A stretch of DNA of 64,000 bases. It comes from an uncultured Desulfobacterales bacterium (GTDB lineage: Bacteria; Desulfobacterota; Desulfobacteria; Desulfobacterales; 4572-123). The notes under the pieces are model-generated. The model worked only from the letters and a program-made list of their open reading frames with translations, made no database searches and was not told the origin of the DNA. The stretch is from assembly GCA_942490765.1 (NCBI GenBank), contig CALNYM010000006.1, forward strand, positions 165 through 64,164, written 5' to 3'. Of this stretch, positions 17,142 to 27,274 are shown one piece after another; position 1 is the stretch's first letter; each line of letters begins with the position of its first letter. Both the position numbers and the translations under genes were made by a program.

Positions 17142-18227
17142 ATGGGCCTGTCGCTGCAAAATGTTGACAAAAATGTAGGCCGTGAAATCCACCTTAAAGA
17201 TATCAATCTGTCGTTTGAATCCGGTTCGCACAATGTGCTTTTAGGCCATACCCTTGCGGGTAAAACATCGTTGCTACGCATTTTGGTGGGTATCGACCGG
17301 CCCACCCGTGGCAGGATTTTCATCGACGGGAAAGACGTCACCGGTGTGCCGGTACGCAAACGCAGCGTGGCCATGGTATATCAGCAGTTTATCAATTACC
17401 CCTCTCTGACTGTCTACAAAAATATCGCATCTCCACTGGTTGTCAGCGGGACACGCAAGGCTGAAATTGATCGGCGCGTTCGGGAAACCGCCGAGATGCT
17501 GCATATTGAAGATTTGCTGGATCGCCTGCCCGTGGAACTCAGCGGCGGTCAACAGCAGCGCATCGCCATCGCCCGTTCCCTGGTCAAAGATGCCGAGCTG
17601 CTCCTGCTGGATGAGCCTTTGGTGAATCTGGATTATAAATTGCGTGAAGAACTGCGCATCGAGCTCAAGGAAATTTTCAAGCAGCGCCGGTCCATCGTGG
17701 TTTATACCACCACAGAGCCCACCGAGGCCCTGATGTTCGGCGGCAATGTCATGGTGATCGACGAAGGCCGGATCCTGCAAACCGGTCTTACGCCGGAGGT
17801 CTACCACAACCCCGCGACCATCAAAGTGGCGGAGGTCTTCAGCGATCCGCCCATCAACTATCTCAACGGCATTATAACGGACCGGACCATACGGATCGGT
17901 GAAAATATCGAATTCCCGCTGACCGATCATCTGAAATCCCTGCCGGCGGGACGATTTACCTTTGGCATCCGCTCGAATCACCTGTTGCTTTCCCCCACCA
18001 GTCCCCGACATGCCGAGATCCAAACAACAGTGGAATTGTCCGAAATCACCGGATCGGAAACCTTTATTCATGTCACCTATAACCAGTTCCATCTGGTGGT
18101 GCAGGCCAATGGCATTCACCCCCATCGCATGGGGTCAAAGGTGTCGATCTATATGGATCCGGGTAGTTTTTTCATCTTTGACGAGGCGGGCGGTTTAGTG
18201 GCAGCCCCCTCGTGGCATGATACTTAA
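17142..18227 (+). CDS. ABC importer ATPase 1 (degenerate Walker A and H-loop)
   Basis: GHTLAGKTS, canonical LSGGQQQR, LLLDEP. H-loop reads YTTTEP (no His). MalK/UgpC-like C-terminal domain. Confidence 0.85.
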   Translation: MGLSLQNVDKNVGREIHLKDINLSFESGSHNVLLGHTLAGKTSLLRILVGIDRPTRGRIFIDGKDVTGVPVRKRSVAMVYQQFINYPSLTVYKNIASPLVVSGTRKAEIDRRVRETAEMLHIEDLLDRLPVELSGGQQQRIAIARSLVKDAELLLLDEPLVNLDYKLREELRIELKEIFKQRRSIVVYTTTEPTEALMFGGNVMVIDEGRILQTGLTPEVYHNPATIKVAEVFSDPPINYLNGIITDRTIRIGENIEFPLTDHLKSLPAGRFTFGIRSNHLLLSPTSPRHAEIQTTVELSEITGSETFIHVTYNQFHLVVQANGIHPHRMGSKVSIYMDPGSFFIFDEAGGLVAAPSWHDT

Positions 18228-18251
18228 AAACCCCATAAACAGGAGCCCGGC

Positions 18252-19337
18252 ATGGCTCAAATCCAATTACACGAGATTGCCCATAGTTATCTGCCCAGCC
18301 CCGCGGATGAATCGGACTATGCGCTGAAGCAGATTCACACCCTGTGGGAAGATGGCGGGGCCTACGCCCTCCTTGGCCCTTCGGGGTGCGGCAAAACAAC
18401 GCTGCTCAACGTTATTTCCGGTCTGATTACCCCCAGTCAGGGACGGGTGCTGTATGATGAAAAGGATGTCACGGACCTGCGGCCGGAAAAACGGAACATT
18501 GCCCAGGTTTTTCAGTTTCCCGTGCTGTACGATACCATGACGGTTTTCAATAATCTGGCATTTCCGCTGCGCAACCGGGGCGTCGGTGAAGCAGACGTCA
18601 AAAAACGGGTTCTGGAAGTCGCTGACATCCTTGACCTGACACCTTTTCTCAAAAAGAGGGCGGCCGGCCTGGCCGCTGATGCCAAACAGAAAATATCCCT
18701 GGGCAGGGGGCTGGTGAGAAGTGATGTGGCCGCTATTTTGTTTGATGAGCCCCTGACCGTCATCGATCCCCATTTAAAATGGGACCTGCGGCGCAAACTC
18801 AAAGAGATCCATGACCAGTTGCATCAGACATTTGTTTACGTCACCCATGATCAGGTGGAGGCATTGACTTTTGCCGATCAGGTGATGGTCATGTACGAGG
18901 GCCGGCTGGTCCAGATTGGCACGCCCCAGGAATTGTTCGAAAACCCGAGCCATAAATTTGTGGGGTATTTCATCGGCAGCCCCGGCATGAATTTTTTGCC
19001 CTTTGAAATCGACGGCAATGTCGCCCACATCAACGGCGCAGGGATCCAGCTGGATGATAAAACAGCTGATCTGGCCCATCATGCCAAAGGCCAGTTAGAG
19101 CTCGGTATCCGCCCCATGTACCTTGAGGTGCATTCCAGTGCCGTTGAAAACGGCGTACCGGCAAAGGTCAAGTCCATTGAAGATCAGGGCAGTTTTAAAA
19201 TCGTTACCTTCAGCCTTTCCGGCAAGGTTTTACGTGCCAAACTGCCTGAAGACCGAGCGGTACCGCAAAACAGGGCATGGCTGAGATTTCCGGGCCAGTG
19301 GACGAAGCTGTTTGCCGATGAACGCCTGGTAACATAA
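18252..19337 (+). CDS. ABC importer ATPase 2 (degenerate signature motif)
   Basis: GPSGCGKTT, signature replaced by QKISLGRG, ILFDEP, canonical YVTHDQ H-loop. Confidence 0.85.
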   Translation: MAQIQLHEIAHSYLPSPADESDYALKQIHTLWEDGGAYALLGPSGCGKTTLLNVISGLITPSQGRVLYDEKDVTDLRPEKRNIAQVFQFPVLYDTMTVFNNLAFPLRNRGVGEADVKKRVLEVADILDLTPFLKKRAAGLAADAKQKISLGRGLVRSDVAAILFDEPLTVIDPHLKWDLRRKLKEIHDQLHQTFVYVTHDQVEALTFADQVMVMYEGRLVQIGTPQELFENPSHKFVGYFIGSPGMNFLPFEIDGNVAHINGAGIQLDDKTADLAHHAKGQLELGIRPMYLEVHSSAVENGVPAKVKSIEDQGSFKIVTFSLSGKVLRAKLPEDRAVPQNRAWLRFPGQWTKLFADERLVT

Positions 19338-19350
19338 AGGGAGCCGCATA

Positions 19351-20223
19351 ATGGAGAAGTGGGAAAACAACAAAGCCTGGTTTCTGGTGCTGCCGGTTTT
19401 TATCATCGTTGCCTTTAGCGCCATCATCCCGCTGATGACCGTTGTAAATTATTCGATCCAGGATATCTGGGGGCCGGGCCAACAGGTATTTGTGGGCACG
19501 GAATGGTTCAAAGAGATGCTGGCCAACCCGCGTCTGCAAGATGCCCTGTGGCGTCAGTTTTTGTTTTCCGGGCTCGTCCTGCTCATCGAGATTCCCCTGG
19601 GGGTAATGATCGCCCTGGCCATGCCGAAGAAAGGGTGGAGTGTTTCCGCCTGCCTGGTGACCCTGGCCATTCCCCTGCTGATTCCATGGAATGTGATCGG
19701 AACCATCTGGATTATTTTTACCCGGCCGGATATCGGTCTGTTCGGCGTCACCATCAACAGCCTGGGGATTGCCTTTGATCATACGGCGAGGCCCATGGAT
19801 GCATGGATCACCACCATGCTCATGGAGGTCTGGCACTGGACCCCGCTGGTTGTTTTGCTGGCCTATGCGGGACTGCGTGCCATCCCCGAGGCCTATTATC
19901 AGGCGGCTAAAATCGACGGGGCGTCCGCCTGGGCCATATTCCGATATATCCAGCTTCCCAAGATGCGCGGCGTGCTCACCATTGCCGTTCTGCTGCGCTG
20001 GATGGACAGCTTTCTGATTTATGCCGAACCCTTTGCCCTCACCGGCGGTGGTCCGGGCAATACCACCACTTTTTTATCCATCTACTTGGTCAAGATCGCC
20101 ACCGGACAATTCGACCTGGGCCCGGCCGCGGCATTTTCCCTTATCTATTTTCTAATCATACTGCTGTTCAGTTTCATATTCTACCAGGCACTTTTAAATG
20201 TCGGGAAAGGAGATAAATCATGA
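19351..20223 (+). CDS. ABC sugar-type permease
   Basis: BPD_transp_1 pattern (EAYYQAAKIDGAS...). Confidence 0.85.
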   Translation: MEKWENNKAWFLVLPVFIIVAFSAIIPLMTVVNYSIQDIWGPGQQVFVGTEWFKEMLANPRLQDALWRQFLFSGLVLLIEIPLGVMIALAMPKKGWSVSACLVTLAIPLLIPWNVIGTIWIIFTRPDIGLFGVTINSLGIAFDHTARPMDAWITTMLMEVWHWTPLVVLLAYAGLRAIPEAYYQAAKIDGASAWAIFRYIQLPKMRGVLTIAVLLRWMDSFLIYAEPFALTGGGPGNTTTFLSIYLVKIATGQFDLGPAAAFSLIYFLIILLFSFIFYQALLNVGKGDKS

Positions 20224-21023
20224 TCATTCGAAAAAGAACGATGGCCCTGATTTTGTATTTCGTTCTGCTCATGATCCCCATCTACTGGATGCTCAACATG
20301 TCCCTGCGCAGCAACGCGGATATCCTCAATGCATTTGCCTTTTACCCGAGCGATCTGACCTTTAAAAATTACATCAAAGTCTTTACCGATCCGACCTGGT
20401 ATTCCGGGTATATTAATTCCATCATCTACGTCAGTATGAACACCGCAATCTCGCTGTCGTTCGCCCTGCCTGCGGCCTATGCGTTTTCACGGTTTAAATT
20501 TTTAGGCGACGGGCAGATGTTTTTCTGGCTGCTGACCAACCGCATGGCGCCCCCGGCGGTTTTTCTCCTCCCCTATTTCCAGTTCTATTCAACCATGCAT
20601 ATGATCGATACGCATATTGCGGTGGCCCTGGCCCACTGTTTGTTCAATGTGCCCCTGGCTGTCTGGATACTGGAAGGCTTCATGTCCGGTATTCCCAAGG
20701 AAATCGATGAGACCGCCTTTATCGACGGCTACAGCTTTCCGCGTTTTTTTGTCACCATCTTCCTTCCGCTGATCCGGGCCGGTGTCGGCGTAACGGCGTT
20801 TTTCTGTTTTATGTTCAGTTGGGTCGAGTTGCTGTTCGCCAGGACATTGACGGTCACCGAAGCCAAACCGATTGTCGCCACCATGACACGGACCATCAGT
20901 GCCACGGGGCTTGACTGGGGCCTCATGGCAGCGGCCGGCATATTGACCATTGTGCCGGGTGCACTGGTCATCTGGTTTGTTCGAAATCATCTGGCCAAGG
21001 GGTTTGCACTGGGGCGGGTATAA
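20220..21023 (+). CDS. ABC sugar-type permease
   Basis: EIDETAFIDGYS EAA loop. ATGA overlap with the previous gene. Confidence 0.85.
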   Translation: MIIRKRTMALILYFVLLMIPIYWMLNMSLRSNADILNAFAFYPSDLTFKNYIKVFTDPTWYSGYINSIIYVSMNTAISLSFALPAAYAFSRFKFLGDGQMFFWLLTNRMAPPAVFLLPYFQFYSTMHMIDTHIAVALAHCLFNVPLAVWILEGFMSGIPKEIDETAFIDGYSFPRFFVTIFLPLIRAGVGVTAFFCFMFSWVELLFARTLTVTEAKPIVATMTRTISATGLDWGLMAAAGILTIVPGALVIWFVRNHLAKGFALGRV

Positions 21024-21075
21024 AGAATTCCGGTATAGATGGCCAGGCTTTTAACGTTATATAAAGGAAAACGCC

Positions 21076-21354
21076 ATGAGTTTCGCTTGGATGTACTGGA
21101 CAAAAACGACAGCGATTTTTTTTATCGCCATATTTCTGATGCTGGCCGGTATGCTAGTCTGGGAACTGGCATCGCCGACGATTGAACGAAGAGGATTTTT
21201 TCTGATTCCCACCACCCGGGGTACCCGGTTTTTTTTGGGGTTGCTGGGCAGCGCCTACATACACCTTGCCTGGATCGCGGCCACTGATTTGACCCTGTGG
21301 GGGGCGACGGCTATTTCCGTGGTCTGGGTCGTCGTTGTCATGCGCTGGGGATGA
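21076..21354 (+). CDS. DUF2160 small membrane protein
   Basis: MSFAWMYWTKTTAIFF...ERRGFFLIPTTRG matches the DUF2160 pattern that accompanies this transporter type. Confidence 0.75.
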   Translation: MSFAWMYWTKTTAIFFIAIFLMLAGMLVWELASPTIERRGFFLIPTTRGTRFFLGLLGSAYIHLAWIAATDLTLWGATAISVVWVVVVMRWG

Positions 21355-21465
21355 TTGAAAAATGTATATTTTTTTTGTAAATCCGGCTGTTCCGGGCCTT
21401 CACACGCCGGCGATACAAACAAAGGACCACCAAACAACCATTGAAGGCCCATAGGAGGTAGCGAT

Positions 21466-23205
21466 ATGATCCGTGTGTTTATAAGAAAGAGACCGCGTAT
21501 GTTGTTGGGGGTTGTCGCCGCTGCATTGTTTGCGTTTATCGCAAGCCCGGCAAGTGCGGATATGGCGGCAGCCAAAAAATGGGTCGATGCAGAATTTCAG
21601 CCATCGACGCTGACCAAGAGCGAGCAGATGAAGGAGATGAAATGGTTCATTGACGCAGCCAAACCCTTTGTCGGGATGAATATCAAGGTGGTGTCCGAAA
21701 CCATTTCCACCCACGAGTATGAGGCAAAGGTACTGGCCAAGGCATTTGAAGAGATTACCGGCATCACGGTTTCCTTTGATCTGATCCAGGAAGGGGATGT
21801 CATCGAAAAGCTTCAGACCCAGTGGGCATCGGGGAAAAACATCTATGATGCGTATATCAATGATTCCGATCTCATCGGCACTCATGCCCGTTACGGTCAC
21901 GTGGTACCCCTGTCCGATTTCATGGCCGGCGAGGGTAAGGATGTGACCCTGCCCACACTGGATGTGGACGATTTTATGGGCAAATCATTTACCACCGGAC
22001 CCGACGGCAAATTGTACCAGCTTCCGGACCAGCAGTTTGCCAATCTATACTGGTTCCGCTATGACTGGTTCAGCCGTGAGGATTTCAAGGCGAAATTCAA
22101 GGAACTCTACGGGTATGAACTGGGCGTGCCGGTCAACTGGTCGGCCTATGAGGATATCGCCGAATTTTTCACCGAGCATGTCAAGGAGATTGACGGCAAA
22201 GCCATATACGGCCACATGGATTACGGTAAAAAGGCCCCGGACCTGGGCTGGCGCTTGACAGACGCCTGGCTTTCCATGGCCGGCGCCGGTGACAAGGGCA
22301 TTCCCAACGGCCTGCCCGTTGATGAATGGGGCATCCGCATGGAAGGCTGCCGGCCAGTGGGCGCGACCGTTGCACGCGGGGGCGCCGCCAATGGCCCCGC
22401 TGCCAAATACGCCCTGCGCAAATACATGGACTGGCTCCGCAAATACGCACCCCCGGGCGCCCTGGGAATGGATTTTTACACCTACCTGCCCTTTCTGGCC
22501 AGCGGCAGTGTGGCCCAGCAGATTTTCTGGTACACGGCATTTCTGCCCGACATGGTCAAACCGGGTCCCACGGTCAACGCCGACGGAACGCCCAAATGGC
22601 GAATGGCGCCGTCGCCCCACGGACCCTATTGGGAAGAAGGCATGAAGCTCGGGTATCAGGATTGCGGATCGTGGACACTGATGAAGAGCACGCCCCTGGA
22701 ACGCCGTAAAGCCGCCTGGCTTTTTGCACAGTTCTGTGTGGCCAAGACCACATCGCTGAAAAAGGCCCATGTGGGCCTGACGCCGATACGGGACAGCGAT
22801 ATCCGGGATCAATCCTTTACCGACCGTGCCCCGAAACTCGGTGGACTGGTGGAGTTCTACCGCAGTCCGGCCCGGGTGGCCTGGACCCCCACCGGGATCA
22901 ATGTCCCCGATTACCCGAAACTGGCCCAGCTGTGGTGGCAGAATATCGGCGAAGCGGTGTCCGGTGAGGTGACCGTGGATACGGCCATGGACAATCTGGC
23001 CAACGAGATGGACCGAGTATTGATGCGCATCGAACGGGCCAATGTGCAGGGCGATTGCGGACCGAAACTGAACCCTGTAAAGGATGAGGCCTACTGGCTG
23101 AGCCAGCCCGGGTCCCCCAAGGCAAAAGTGAATGAAAAGCCCAAAGGGGAGACGGTTAATTACGACGATTTGATTCAGGCATGGCGCGAAGGGCGAGTGA
23201 AATAG
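21466..23205 (+). CDS. large extracellular solute-binding protein
   Basis: Signal peptide (...FIASPASA), 579 aa, SBP_bac_1-like. AGGAGG SD. Confidence 0.85.
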   Translation: MIRVFIRKRPRMLLGVVAAALFAFIASPASADMAAAKKWVDAEFQPSTLTKSEQMKEMKWFIDAAKPFVGMNIKVVSETISTHEYEAKVLAKAFEEITGITVSFDLIQEGDVIEKLQTQWASGKNIYDAYINDSDLIGTHARYGHVVPLSDFMAGEGKDVTLPTLDVDDFMGKSFTTGPDGKLYQLPDQQFANLYWFRYDWFSREDFKAKFKELYGYELGVPVNWSAYEDIAEFFTEHVKEIDGKAIYGHMDYGKKAPDLGWRLTDAWLSMAGAGDKGIPNGLPVDEWGIRMEGCRPVGATVARGGAANGPAAKYALRKYMDWLRKYAPPGALGMDFYTYLPFLASGSVAQQIFWYTAFLPDMVKPGPTVNADGTPKWRMAPSPHGPYWEEGMKLGYQDCGSWTLMKSTPLERRKAAWLFAQFCVAKTTSLKKAHVGLTPIRDSDIRDQSFTDRAPKLGGLVEFYRSPARVAWTPTGINVPDYPKLAQLWWQNIGEAVSGEVTVDTAMDNLANEMDRVLMRIERANVQGDCGPKLNPVKDEAYWLSQPGSPKAKVNEKPKGETVNYDDLIQAWREGRVK

Positions 23206-23357
23206 CGTTTATTCTGGGATGCAGAAATTAGCCAAAAGAATACAACGGTGTATTTTATAGATCTCATCACGGAGAGATAATGCCCATTCATACAGTGATT
23301 TTGTGTGAATGGGCATTTGATTATGGGGTTTGGACAAGCGGGCGCCAAGACAAGTTT

Positions 23358-23482
23358 GACGGTCCCGTAAAAAGTCCAACGCCTGCGTTGCGCTGCCGCC
23401 CGCAATCATTCAACGGTCGATGGTTACCTCTCATGACACCAAAATTTGCGCGCCTTGAATTTGAACTTTTTACGAGACCGTC
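23358..23482 (+). repeat. R1 repeat, copy d
   Basis: Hand alignment. Followed by taaattcgactttttacgacgccatc (an R2-type end, inverted). Confidence 0.9.
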
Positions 23483-23707
23483 TAAATTCGACTTTTTACG
23501 ACGCCATCAATATCAGGCGCCGCGCTATTTTGTGTGGGTGCCCCGGGATGCGGTCAAATTTACCCATACGAAACAGCGGGGCGCCTAACATTATTGCCAT
23601 CGGTACAAATGATGGGGATTTTGCCGCTGCCATAAAGTTAATCGTGGAACACCGGGGGCGGAAATTCGACGGTGTGGGGCAGGGACCAGATGCAAAAAAG
23701 GGATGGG

Positions 23708-24169
23708 CTAGAGATCAAAGTGGGCCTTGATTTTGAAAACACGGGTGGCCGGAAGGTTGAGAATATCATGCACCCCTGTTTTTTGGGAAATTTCACGGAT
23801 ATTGGCTTTGATTTCGGCCATGGAGGGGGCAATAAACGTAAACCATACATTGAAGGGGTTATCCCGGGTGTAGTTGTGAGTGACACCGGGGTAACTGTTC
23901 ACAACGGCAGCAAAGCGGTCGATTTTTTCTTCGGGAACACTGGCGGCACACAGGGTACTGGTAAACCCCAGTTTTTCAGGTCCGAAATTTCCGCCGATGC
24001 GGCGAATAATCCCCAGTTTTTTAAGCCGGGCAATCCGGTGGATCACCAGGTCTTCGGTCAAGTCCAACTCTCCGGCAATAACCGCATAGGGTCTTGACGT
24101 TATGGGGAAATCAGACTGTATCCGGTTTAAAATAGCCCTGTCCACGTTATCGATTTGTGTTTTATTCAT
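23708..24169 (-). CDS. AsnC/Lrp-fold protein, siroheme decarboxylase subunit-like (AhbA/AhbB, NirD/L family)
   Basis: DRAILNRIQSDFPITSRPYAVIA...VVNSYPGVTHNYTR pattern. Start set at MNKTQ, because the longer ORF N-terminus is R1 repeat sequence. Confidence 0.7.
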   Translation of the reverse strand: MNKTQIDNVDRAILNRIQSDFPITSRPYAVIAGELDLTEDLVIHRIARLKKLGIIRRIGGNFGPEKLGFTSTLCAASVPEEKIDRFAAVVNSYPGVTHNYTRDNPFNVWFTFIAPSMAEIKANIREISQKTGVHDILNLPATRVFKIKAHFDL

Positions 24170-24213
24170 ATTGGCACAGGCATCCTTGATGAACTCGTAA
24201 AAAGTCAGCTTTA

Positions 24214-24338
24214 GACGGTTTCGTAAAAAGTTCAAATTCAAGGCGTGCAAATTTTGTAATCGTGAGGCGTACTGATCGTACGTTGAATGATTGCGAAATG
24301 CAGCACAACGCGGGAGTTGGACTTTTTACGAGTTCATC
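24214..24338 (-). repeat. R1 repeat, copy e
   Basis: 125 bp, inverted relative to copy d. One end is the gatgaactcg variant. Confidence 0.9.
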
Positions 24339-24356
24339 ATCTTTTATATCCCGGAA

Positions 24357-24749
24357 TTATCCGGATATGAGTTTAATATGCACCTTACGGGTGCGGGGAC
24401 CGTCGAATTCACAAAAGAAGATCCCCTGCCAGGTTCCGAGAACCAGGGTGCTGTTTTTGATAATGAGGGTTTCCGAGGCACCGATGAGTGAAGATTTGAT
24501 ATGGGCGGGGGAATTTCCCTCCAGGTGGCGATAGTCCGCCTCCCAGGGAATCACCTGATTGAGGACCATCATGATATCGCGTTTGACATTGGGATCGGCG
24601 CTTTCATTGATGGTGACCCCTGCCGTTGTATGGGGCACATAAACCATGCAGAGCCCCTGGGTCACACCGGAGCCGGATACCGCCGCCTGAATCCTTGCGG
24701 TGATATCCACCATTTCAGTTCTGGAACCGGTTTTTACCGTAATGACCAT
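24357..24749 (-). CDS. yjbQ: YjbQ/UPF0047 family (secondary thiamine-phosphate synthase)
   Basis: VPHTTAGVTINE...GNSPAHIKSSL...GTWQGI motifs. ATG at 24749 has a GGAGGGGG SD. Confidence 0.85.
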   Translation of the reverse strand: MVITVKTGSRTEMVDITARIQAAVSGSGVTQGLCMVYVPHTTAGVTINESADPNVKRDIMMVLNQVIPWEADYRHLEGNSPAHIKSSLIGASETLIIKNSTLVLGTWQGIFFCEFDGPRTRKVHIKLISG

Positions 24750-24767
24750 ATCTGCCCCCTCCAATAT

Positions 24768-24800
24768 AAAAAAGGCCCTTAAAGAAAAGGGCCTTTTTAA
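24768..24800 (-). terminator. intrinsic terminator after dsrC
   Basis: aaggccctt-aaagaa-aagggcctt hairpin flanked by A and T runs. Confidence 0.65.
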
Positions 24801-24826
24801 AATTCAAGAATTTTTCAATTCAACGG

Positions 24827-25147
24827 TTATACACATCCGGTAGGTTTGGGAAGGCCGGCCATTTTACATGCGCCTTTGCCCGGTCCTGACGGAAACAGCT
24901 CATAAATGTGCTTGAGTTTGAAACCGGTGACCTTGGAAAGAACGCGCACCATGGGTGCGATGCCGTTTTTCTCGTAGTAGTCCTGAAGCACCTGGATGAC
25001 TTTTCTGTGTTCATCGGTAAGCTCTTCGATACCCTCTTCTTTTTTTACAAACTCAACCCATTCTTCGCATTTTCCATCTTCATAATTACCAATGAACCCA
25101 TCTTCATCTACGAGAAAGGTTTTGCCCATAAATTCAAGTTCTGCCAT
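24827..25147 (-). CDS. dsrC: DsrC/TusE-family sulfur carrier
   Basis: C-terminal GACKMAGLPKPTGCV with the two conserved Cys. 106 aa. Confidence 0.9.
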   Translation of the reverse strand: MAELEFMGKTFLVDEDGFIGNYEDGKCEEWVEFVKKEEGIEELTDEHRKVIQVLQDYYEKNGIAPMVRVLSKVTGFKLKHIYELFPSGPGKGACKMAGLPKPTGCV

Positions 25148-25465
25148 TTAAAAATCCTCCTTTAAAAATATAATTGTTTTATCGGCTTGCCGCCGGATAC
25201 CTTGGGATCTTAGTAGATCCGAAATATTTATATGATATAAACACGGATGTCAATATGAAAATAGTACACTCATAACGGATTCAATTTGCCCGTTGATTTA
25301 TCCCCGGACCAGGTCCTTTTCTCGATGCGAGAACACCTTTTGACATTGGACCCATCTCCTGATAAAGATCCGAAACGTTTTTATTGAACAGACATATGCT
25401 TTAGAAAATAAAGCACTATATTTGGAATCTGTTTTTGTCAATAAAAAATATGTAAAAAGGTGTCC

Positions 25466-26395
25466 ATGAATATCAAACCCAAAATCATTGTTATCTACGG
25501 ACCCACCGGCATCGGCAAGACCCACACGGCCATTACCCTGGCCCGTATGTTTAATGGAGAGATCATCGGTGCCGATTCAATGCAGATTTACCGTCGCATG
25601 GATATCGGTACCGCCAAGCCCACGGCAAAGGAGCAGGCCAGTATCCCCCACCACATGATTGATGTGGCTGAGCCCGACGAGCCGTTTGATGCGGCCCGCT
25701 ATTCCGCCAGGGTCCGAAAAATAGTGGCCATGCTCTGCCAGCGGAAAGTGATCCCTTTCATTGTCGGTGGCACCGGTCTGTATATCCGTGCCCTGATTCA
25801 CGGTATTTTCCCCTCCCTGCCGTCTGATCCGGCCCTGCGCGCTCGGCTTAAACAAGAAGCCGCCACCTCTGGGTCCGGATCCCTCCACCAGCGTCTTTTT
25901 GTCTGTGATCCCGAGGCGGCGGACCGGATTCATCCCAATGATACATACAGAATCATCCGTGCCCTGGAAGTTAACCAGCTTACCGGGGAAGCGCTATCGG
26001 CACAGCAGGCCAGACACGGATTTGCCGAACAGCCGTATACCGTATTGAAAACGGGATTGCGTATGGATCGGGAAATCCTGTACGAACGCATCAACCAACG
26101 GGTGGATGCCATGATCCAACAGGGGCTGCTCGATGAGGTCAAAAATCTTCTGGCCGCCGGATACAGCGCTGAACTGAAATCCATGCAGTCCATCGGCTAC
26201 CGACACATGGTGGATTACCTTGAACACCGCCTAGGGTGGGACGAGGCCGTAAGGACCCTGAAGCGGGATACCCGGCGATATGCCAAACGCCAGATGACCT
26301 GGCTCAGGGGCGATGGCGATGTTCACTGGTTTGAACCCGGCCAGATTCAGAACATGCAAAAAGAGATTACCGCTTTTCTGGATACCGGCAGATAG
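25466..26395 (+). CDS. miaA: tRNA dimethylallyltransferase
   Basis: GPTGIGKT P-loop, ADSMQIYR, IVGGTGLY. Confidence 0.9.
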   Translation: MNIKPKIIVIYGPTGIGKTHTAITLARMFNGEIIGADSMQIYRRMDIGTAKPTAKEQASIPHHMIDVAEPDEPFDAARYSARVRKIVAMLCQRKVIPFIVGGTGLYIRALIHGIFPSLPSDPALRARLKQEAATSGSGSLHQRLFVCDPEAADRIHPNDTYRIIRALEVNQLTGEALSAQQARHGFAEQPYTVLKTGLRMDREILYERINQRVDAMIQQGLLDEVKNLLAAGYSAELKSMQSIGYRHMVDYLEHRLGWDEAVRTLKRDTRRYAKRQMTWLRGDGDVHWFEPGQIQNMQKEITAFLDTGR

Positions 26396-26540
26396 CCGGA
26401 AACGGTCATCCCCGTGGCCGGTTGCCCATGGGATAAAAACCCATTTGGCATTGACAGCGTCGTCATAGCTGCCTATTTTATCGGGATTTATAATCAGTGG
26501 CTCATTCCTCCCCGCTTGCCGGGGGAAATGACGAATGTGA

Positions 26541-26575
26541 AGTGTTGAACCCCGGTGTTTTTTTTCGGGGTTGCT
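26541..26575 (+). terminator. intrinsic terminator immediately upstream of the ppiB RBS
   Basis: aaccccg-loop-cggggtt followed by gctttttt. Confidence 0.6.
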
Positions 26576-26600
26576 TTTTTAATTTTTGAGGAGGTATTTC

Positions 26601-27125
26601 ATGAGTTTTGTAAAATCCGAGTACAAAGAAGACATTGAACGGCTGACGGCGGTTTTTAATACCACTATGGGAAAATTCGACGTGGAACTGTTTGCCGGAA
26701 AATGTCCGGAAACGGTGTGGAATTTTGTCAACCTGGCAGAGGGCCGGCAAAATACGGAAAAGGGGGGCAATTTTTATGACGGCCTGATTTTTCACCGGGT
26801 GATCGATGGGTTCATGCTTCAGGGCGGCTGTCCCCTGGGCACCGGTACCGGCGGTCCCGGATACCAGTTTGGTGATGAATTCGATGCCTCTTTGAGACAT
26901 GACAGCGAGGGCGTTTTGTCCATGGCCAATGCCGGCCCCGGTACCAACGGCAGTCAGTTTTTTATTACACTGGCCCCCACCCCGCATCTGGACAACCGTC
27001 ATTCTGTTTTTGGAAAAGTGACCCGCGGCATGGATGTGGTTAAAAAAATCGGCTCCGTCAAAACCGGTGCCATGGACCGACCCATTGAATCCGTGGTGAT
27101 CAATTCCGTTACCATCGAAAGATGA
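26601..27125 (+). CDS. ppiB: cyclophilin-type peptidyl-prolyl isomerase
   Basis: FHRVIDGFMLQGG...SMANAGPGTNGSQFFI. GAGGAGG SD. Confidence 0.9.
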   Translation: MSFVKSEYKEDIERLTAVFNTTMGKFDVELFAGKCPETVWNFVNLAEGRQNTEKGGNFYDGLIFHRVIDGFMLQGGCPLGTGTGGPGYQFGDEFDASLRHDSEGVLSMANAGPGTNGSQFFITLAPTPHLDNRHSVFGKVTRGMDVVKKIGSVKTGAMDRPIESVVINSVTIER

Positions 27126-27274
27126 TGGCGTCGCCAAAAGTCTCCATCTACTGCGTTATAGAGATTTTCCAGAGACTCGACATACCATATGGTTGCCTTC
27201 GTCCCTGTAAAATCTCTATGCCTTGTATATGAAGATTTTGACTTAGCCAGCTCAACTATTTTTACGGGACCGTC
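27124..27274 (+). repeat. R2 repeat, copy b
   Basis: Starts inside the ppiB TGA stop (27123-27125). Central hairpin atagagattttccag / ctgtaaaatctctat. Confidence 0.85.
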
